From the human T2T-CHM13v2.0 reference genome, Homo sapiens: a stretch of DNA of 64,000 bases. The stretch lies in assembly GCF_009914755.1 (NCBI RefSeq), contig NC_060926.1; one strand, 5' to 3'. Below the pieces are notes generated by a model. It was not told where the DNA came from. It worked only from the letters and a program-made list of their open reading frames with translations, and searched no databases. Below are positions 53,801-64,000 of this stretch, piece after piece. Made by a program: the position numbers and the translations under genes. The number at the start of each line of letters is the position of its first letter. Position 1 is the stretch's first letter.

Positions 53801-55529
53801 CATGTTCTTCATGCTGGCAACAATAGGAAAGACAGGTCGATGCACAATCCATTTTTAAAATCCAAAGAATGCTTAATAAACATTTATTGAGGTGATTCAG
53901 TGCAATTTTTGGTAGATGGGAAAATCCTTCAACTCATGGAATAAGTAGGCTATGCACTCTTGTTCAAATCTTAACCTACCCATAAAATGATTTAATTCCA
54001 TATCTGCAAAAAGACACAAGGATGTAACTAAAAAAATTCATTCTGACCACAGCAGATTTGTCATGAACAGGCATGCAGTAATATGAAAACACTTAAAATA
54101 TACACGTTATATTAAACTGGTGTTGCATGCCAGGAACATTTTGAGCCACCTGGAAGGAATATTTATTTCTTTAGAAATGATTACCCTCCAAAAAAAAACT
54201 GCAATTAGGAAAAAATTTCTCCAGGTAATTAATGCTCTGCGAAAGAAATCTAGAACAAAAAAGTAAATAGCTTTGGACTTTGCAGTCAAGATAAGAACAA
54301 AACAAATCCTCACCCCCTCTCCACCCCCTCAGCTTCCATTCCTGGTGTATCAGAACAACCACCAGTGATTGCCGCAAGAAATTATCCCAGATTAGAACAA
54401 AAACCATTTGTTATGACTTATACTTTATTTGCCAGTTTGCAGATGATGCTAAAATATGTTGGTCAAATCGACAAAAAGAAATGCAGACTTCTACATATAT
54501 TCTATTTACTAGAAAATAGCACTAGCTTTAAAATTAGCAGCACAAAATTGGACTTGGGAGCAGTTTACAAATTGGCATTCCACTATGTTCATGCTCTATC
54601 AAATCTTTGTGTGACTTTTATGTATTGCTAGAGTAGCATGAAGAAAATAATGAAAGATGTTTGAAAAAAGGGGAAAAATCACCCACTTCATCCACGACAT
54701 GAACACATTTTCATTTTCCTTAAAGACCTTGTCCATATGTGTAATGTAATGATCTGGTACCTATAGTTTTCCATTGTGCTATTTATTGCTTAGCATTGTC
54801 TGTGTTGCTACATAGTTATCTGCAACCTCTATTAAATGTAAAGGAGGTGACAGAATCTTAGAGGTTATGTGTGTACACACACACATATTTATTAATTTCT
54901 AATTTGATTACAGTTTACAAACTCAGAACAGGAATATTATTGCATTGACTTACTTCTCAAATATCATGGCAGCAAAAGTTCAGCTGTTGAAGAACTTGAT
55001 GTCACTGAGCATTTAACTAACCTTTCAAAAAACATGATTGCAGCAAGACTTTGAGGTGAAAAGTCCAGATTTTATAAACCATTCCATTTTTATGCTTTTG
55101 TCTTTTGAGCATTTTTGTCATCGCTTTACCTTGATTTCCTAATAAAAGATATTTTAAGGAAATTCCCATCTGGTCTCAACTGAAGAAAGAAGTACAGGAA
55201 GTTGCCCTCTTCCAGGCTATGAAAGTCAGGGAGATCCATAGGCCCAAGGGGTCAGGTGTAAAGGGTAGCTGGGCCAGCAAGGGTGGAGACAGTGAGATCT
55301 CCCTGGGTCTGCAGTTGCACAGATGGGAGCAGAGAAGGTAAGAATGAGGGGCAGCTGGTGCTATCCCAGGGCATTGCATGGCTCTCTCTGTTTTACCTCC
55401 CTGAGAGACTGCAAATTCCCCAGGGCACAAACCATATCCTGGGCAAACTTACCACTAGGTCAGTAGCTGCTGAATTCATGAACTTACGTCTTGGAGAAAG
55501 TTTTGAGGCATTATAGAAGAGTGGAAATC

Positions 55530-56042
<513 letters not shown>

Positions 56043-56436
56043 TTAATTACGTTGACTACCTTTTCATATGCTTCTTGGTTATCTGGATATACTTTTTGAT
56101 GAAGTATCCAGTGAAGTATCTTGTCTATTTTCTTCTTGGGTTGTCTGGTTTTTTCCTTATGGGCTTGTGTAAGTTATTCATATATTCCGAATGAGTCTCT
56201 GGTCAGATATGTGTAAAGCAAATATTTTCATCTTGTCTGTGGCTTGCCATTTTACTCTAATAATGATGTTATTTAAGAAATCAAAATTCTTTATTTTGGG
56301 AGGCTGAGGCGGGCGGATCACGAGGTCAGGAGATCAAGACCATCCTAGCCAACACAGTGAAACCCCGTCTCTACTAAAAAAAAAAAAATGCAAAAAATTA
56401 GCCGGACATGGTGGCACACGCCTGTAATCCCAGCTA

Positions 56437-56629
<193 letters not shown>

Positions 56630-57244
56630 TCAATCACAGCTCACTGCACCCTCAACCTCCTGGGCTCAAGCGATCCTCTCGCTTCAGCCTCCTGAGTAGC
56701 TGGGACTATAGGCACACACCACCACACCCAGCTAATTTTGTATCTTTAGTAGAAATGGGGTCTTGCCATAGTGGCCAGGCCTGTCTTGAATTCCTGGGCT
56801 CAAGTGATCTGCCTGCCTCAGCCTTCCAAAGTGCTGGGATTACAGGCAGGTGTGAGCCACCATGCCTGGATCAAAAGTCTTAAGTTTAATATAGTCCAGT
56901 TTTCACTTTACCTTTATAGTTAGTACTTGTGGGTCCTATTGAAGAAATCTTTGCTCACATCAAGGTTGTGAAGATATTCTCCATATTGTGTCCTAGGAGC
57001 TTTGTTGTTTTACTTTAAGTGTAGATCTACAATCCATCTGAATTGTATTTTTGTGTATGCCCTGAATTAGAGATCAAGGTTTTTCCCTCCATATGGATGG
57101 TTGCTAATCCCATCCTTTCTCTCTTTCACTGACATGACAACTTTATCATAAATCAGGTATCATGTAAGTGTGGATCTGTGTCAAGATTTTTCCGTTAGTC
57201 TAATTGTCTAGACTAGCACCAAGAAGGGGCACTGTACATTTCTA

Positions 57245-57614
<370 letters not shown>

Positions 57615-57670
57615 TCAGGTTTTGTTCTTCAAAGTCATCTATGCTATTTTTAGCCTTCTACATGCCATAT

Positions 57671-58240
57671 TGTTTTAAAATGTAGGTTTTATTATTATTC
57701 AGGTTTGGTGAGACTGACAGATTAAGGAACAACTGCCATTGAAAAGATAATTTGTTATTCACCGTGCCCAAGAAGAAGGGGTATGCCACACCATACAGGG
57801 CCACGTGGGGAAGCACCATGGCCAGTTAGGAGGCAGAAATGAGGAGAAAGCATGGGTAGGAGCCTTTTTTGTGGTTTTCACAGGTAGTATGGGAGAGGCA
57901 GTTACAGGCTAAGAAGGACTGGCATTGGCTAGTTTGAATAAATTCAGTAGGCTCCAGGGAGCAGGAGTGGTCCTGAGCTGTCTGGTACCTAGCCCTGGGG
58001 TGATTAGGGAAGGAGAATATTGAGGAGTAAGAGCCCTGTGAGAGTGCAACAAAGGAGGAGGTTGGAGGGTATGGGCTCTGGATTGGTTGTTTTGCATCTG
58101 AAAAGCTCCCTCACAGGAAAGCCATTTGCTATTTCTAGGAATTAGCTAGCCCTGAGAGGGGCAGTCTCTCCCAGGTCAGCAAGGCCTCCAGGATCTAAAA
58201 GATTAATAACATACAGAAAATAAAAAACATGATTAATACA
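57671..58240 (-). mobile_element. MER76-like ERVL solo LTR
   Basis: TGT...ACA termini with perfect 5-bp TSD catat (57666-57670, 58241-58245). Confidence 0.8.
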
Positions 58241-58273
58241 CATATCTATTGTAGAATCAGCTTGTCAGTTTAT

Positions 58274-58307
58274 ACACACAAACACACACACACACACACA
58301 CACACAC
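58274..58307 (+). repeat. (CA)n microsatellite
   Basis: Direct reading. Confidence 0.9.
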
Positions 58308-58799
58308 GGTTTTTTAATTGGGTTTATATTGAATCTATTCATCAATTTGAATAGAATTAACATTTTTATAATATTAAATATTCCAGTTGATGAAAACAGA
58401 ATATTCCTACCTTTTCTTTCTGTTGAAGTCTTCTTTAATTCCCATGAGTAATACTTTTAGTTTTCTATGTAGATGACTTGCATATTTTTGTTGAAATTAT
58501 TTCTGGGATTTGGTAAATTTTGATGCTATCTAAATGATATCATTTATTGGATTTTTCTCATTGTTGATTGCTAGTATGTAGAAATACAATTGATATTTGT
58601 TATATTGATCTATAGAGAGATTTTGCTAAATTCACTTAATTCTAATAGTTTATGAATTCTTTTACATTTTCCTACATACAAATCATATTGTCTGAAAATA
58701 ATGAGTTTTATTTCTTCCCTTCCAACTAATATAATATACCTTTTCATTCTTTTGAGACAGAGTTTCGCTCTTGTCACCCAGGCTGCAGTGCAATGGTGA

Positions 58800-58934
<135 letters not shown>

Positions 58935-59990
58935 TAGCCAGGCTGAACTCCTGACCTCAGGTGATCCTCCCCGCTTGGCCTCCCAAAGTGCTGGGATTAC
59001 AAGTGTGAGCCACCGCACCCAGCCTCTTTTTTTTTTTATTATTATTTTATTTTTTGAGATGGAGTCACTCTGTTGCCCAGGCTGGAGTGCAGTGGTGCAA
59101 TCTTAGCTAACTACAACCTCCAGCTCCCGGGTTCGAGCAATTCTCCTGCCTCAGCCTCCTGAGTAGCTAGGATTACAGGTGTGCACCACAACACCCGGCT
59201 AATTTTTGTATTTTTAGTAGAAATGGGGTTTCACCATGTTGGTCAGGCTGGTCTCGAACTCCTGACCTCAAGTTATCCGCCCATCTCACCCTCCCAAAGT
59301 GCTAGGATTACAGGCGTAAGCCACCGCACCCAGCCCTTTTTCATTATTTTGCTTGCCTTGTTGTATTGTCTAAGAGCTCCTATCATAAATCTGAATAGAA
59401 GTGATGTTAGCAAGCATCCTTTTCTTATTCCCAATCTGAAAGGGAAAGTTTTCAATATTCCATCAAGCATATTTACTGTATTTTTTTGATTGACAACCTT
59501 TACCTTATTACAGAAATTCCTGATATTTCTAGTTTGCCAAGAGCTTTTATTTTTAAAAAACTATACATAGATACTGAATTATATAAAATAATAGTATCTA
59601 TTGAAGTGATCATATAGTTTTTCTCCTTTATTCTATAATTGTGGTAAATTATATTGATTATATTTTTGAATGATAAATGAATTGTCAGTCTTGGAATAAA
59701 TCCAATTTATCATGACTTACTATTCTTTTTATTTATATTTAAAATTTTTATTTAATTAATTTATTTAGAGCTGGGATCTCCCTATGTCACCCAAGCTGGT
59801 CTTGAACACCTGGCCTCAAGCCTTGACCTTCTGAGTAACTGGGATTACAGGCCTGAGACACTGCACTCAGCTCTATTCATTTTTTATATATAGCTGAATC
59901 CAGTATAATAATATATTATTTTGACCAGGCACAGTGCCTCATGCCTATGATCTCAGCACTTTGAGGGGCCGAGGCAATCAGATCACTTTA

Positions 59991-60832
<842 letters not shown>

Positions 60833-61440
60833 GATTGTGTTATTTGTTTCTTTGAAAGTTTAGAAGAATTAATCAACGAAGCCATCTGGGTGTACAATTA
60901 TATTGTAGGAAAATTTTAAATTATGGATTTCTTTTTTTTTTTTTTTCCAGACAGGGTCTCTCTGTTGCCTAGGCTGTAGGACGGTGGCACAATCACAGCT
61001 CACTGAAGCCTCAGCCGCCTAGGCTCAAGTGATGCTCCCCTCTCAGCCCCCAACAAGTAGCTGGGACTAGAGGTGCTCACCAACACATCTGGCTAATTTT
61101 TAAATTTTCTGTAGAGGTGGGGTCTCCCAATCTGCACAGACTGCTTCCAAACTTCTGGCCTCAAGGAGTCCTCCCACCTCAGCCTCTCAAACTCTTAGGA
61201 ATACAGGTGTAAGCCACGGCACCTTGCCACATTCCACTTATTTAACAATAATAGACCTATTCAGATTTTTCAGTTCTTATGTGAGTCGAGGTCAAGTTTT
61301 TTAAGGAATTTGTTCATTCGTATAAATTTTCAAATTTATTAGCATAGTTGTTCATAATATCCTTTTACTACTTAAGTATTGATATATTTTGTGTTTTATG
61401 GTCCCCTTTCATTATGGTACTATACCTTTTCTCTTTAAAA

Positions 61441-63117
<1,677 letters not shown>

Positions 63118-63529
63118 TCAGTTACAGAAAGAGTTATATTAAAATTGCCAGCTATGATTGTAGTTTTGTCTACTTCTCCTTTTCGTTCTGTTTTTACGCA
63201 TATTTTTGAAACTATGTTATTAGGTAAATGAAAATTTTGAGTTATTTTTATCTTCCCCTTTTATCATGATGAAATGTCCCACTTATTTCTACTAATATTT
63301 TTGTTTTAAAGCCTACTTCATCTAACATTAGTATAGATAAATCAGCTTTCTTCCCCCACGCTATCCCCGGAGTCTTACTCTGTTGCCCAGGCTGAAATCT
63401 GGAATGCAATGGCGGAATCTTGCTGCCTAATGGTTTCAAGCAATTCTCCTGCTTCAGCCTCCTGAGTAGCTGGGATTACAGGCATGTATCACCATGCCCA
63501 CCTAATTTTAATTTTTTTAGTAGAGATGA

Positions 63530-63892
<363 letters not shown>

Positions 63893-64000
63893 TGATCTGC
63901 CCGCCTTAACCTCCCAAAGTGCTAGGATTACAGGCATGAGCCACCGTGCCCAGCTAATCAGCTTTCTTTAGGTTAGCATTTTTTATGTTTATCCTTCTCC

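Noticed and set aside
53050-55520. Hidden exons in the long repeat-poor AT-rich block
   Set aside because: Short ORFs without recognisable homology and no convincing splice pattern; non-coding function cannot be judged without conservation data

Overview
Human, gene-poor and extremely repeat-dense genomic DNA. A diagnostic AluYb8 and an SVA fragment point to Homo sapiens. The window holds about 65 Alu/FLAM elements, fragmented L1M/L1PA, L2 and MIR, MaLR and ERVL LTR elements, and hAT DNA transposons. I find no intact protein-coding gene, RNA gene or CRISPR array; almost all listed ORFs are Alu or L1 artefacts. Two gene-derived fossils are clear: a processed LSM3 pseudogene (minus strand, 1-bp frameshift, AluY in its 3'UTR) and a 231-bp mitochondrial COX1 insertion (NUMT) inside an Alu. 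Other notable events: an L1PA carrying a 3' transduction, landed in a locally templated copy of Charlie transposase sequence; a 43-nt hairpin retrocopy with poly(A) and TSD; a 5'-truncated SVA; very young Alus; several tandem duplications; and a near-adjacent inverted Alu pair. I see no convincing new multi-gene system. The novelty is at the level of insertion and repair mechanisms. Repeat subfamily names are from recalled consensus sequences, and boundaries of old repeats are approximate.
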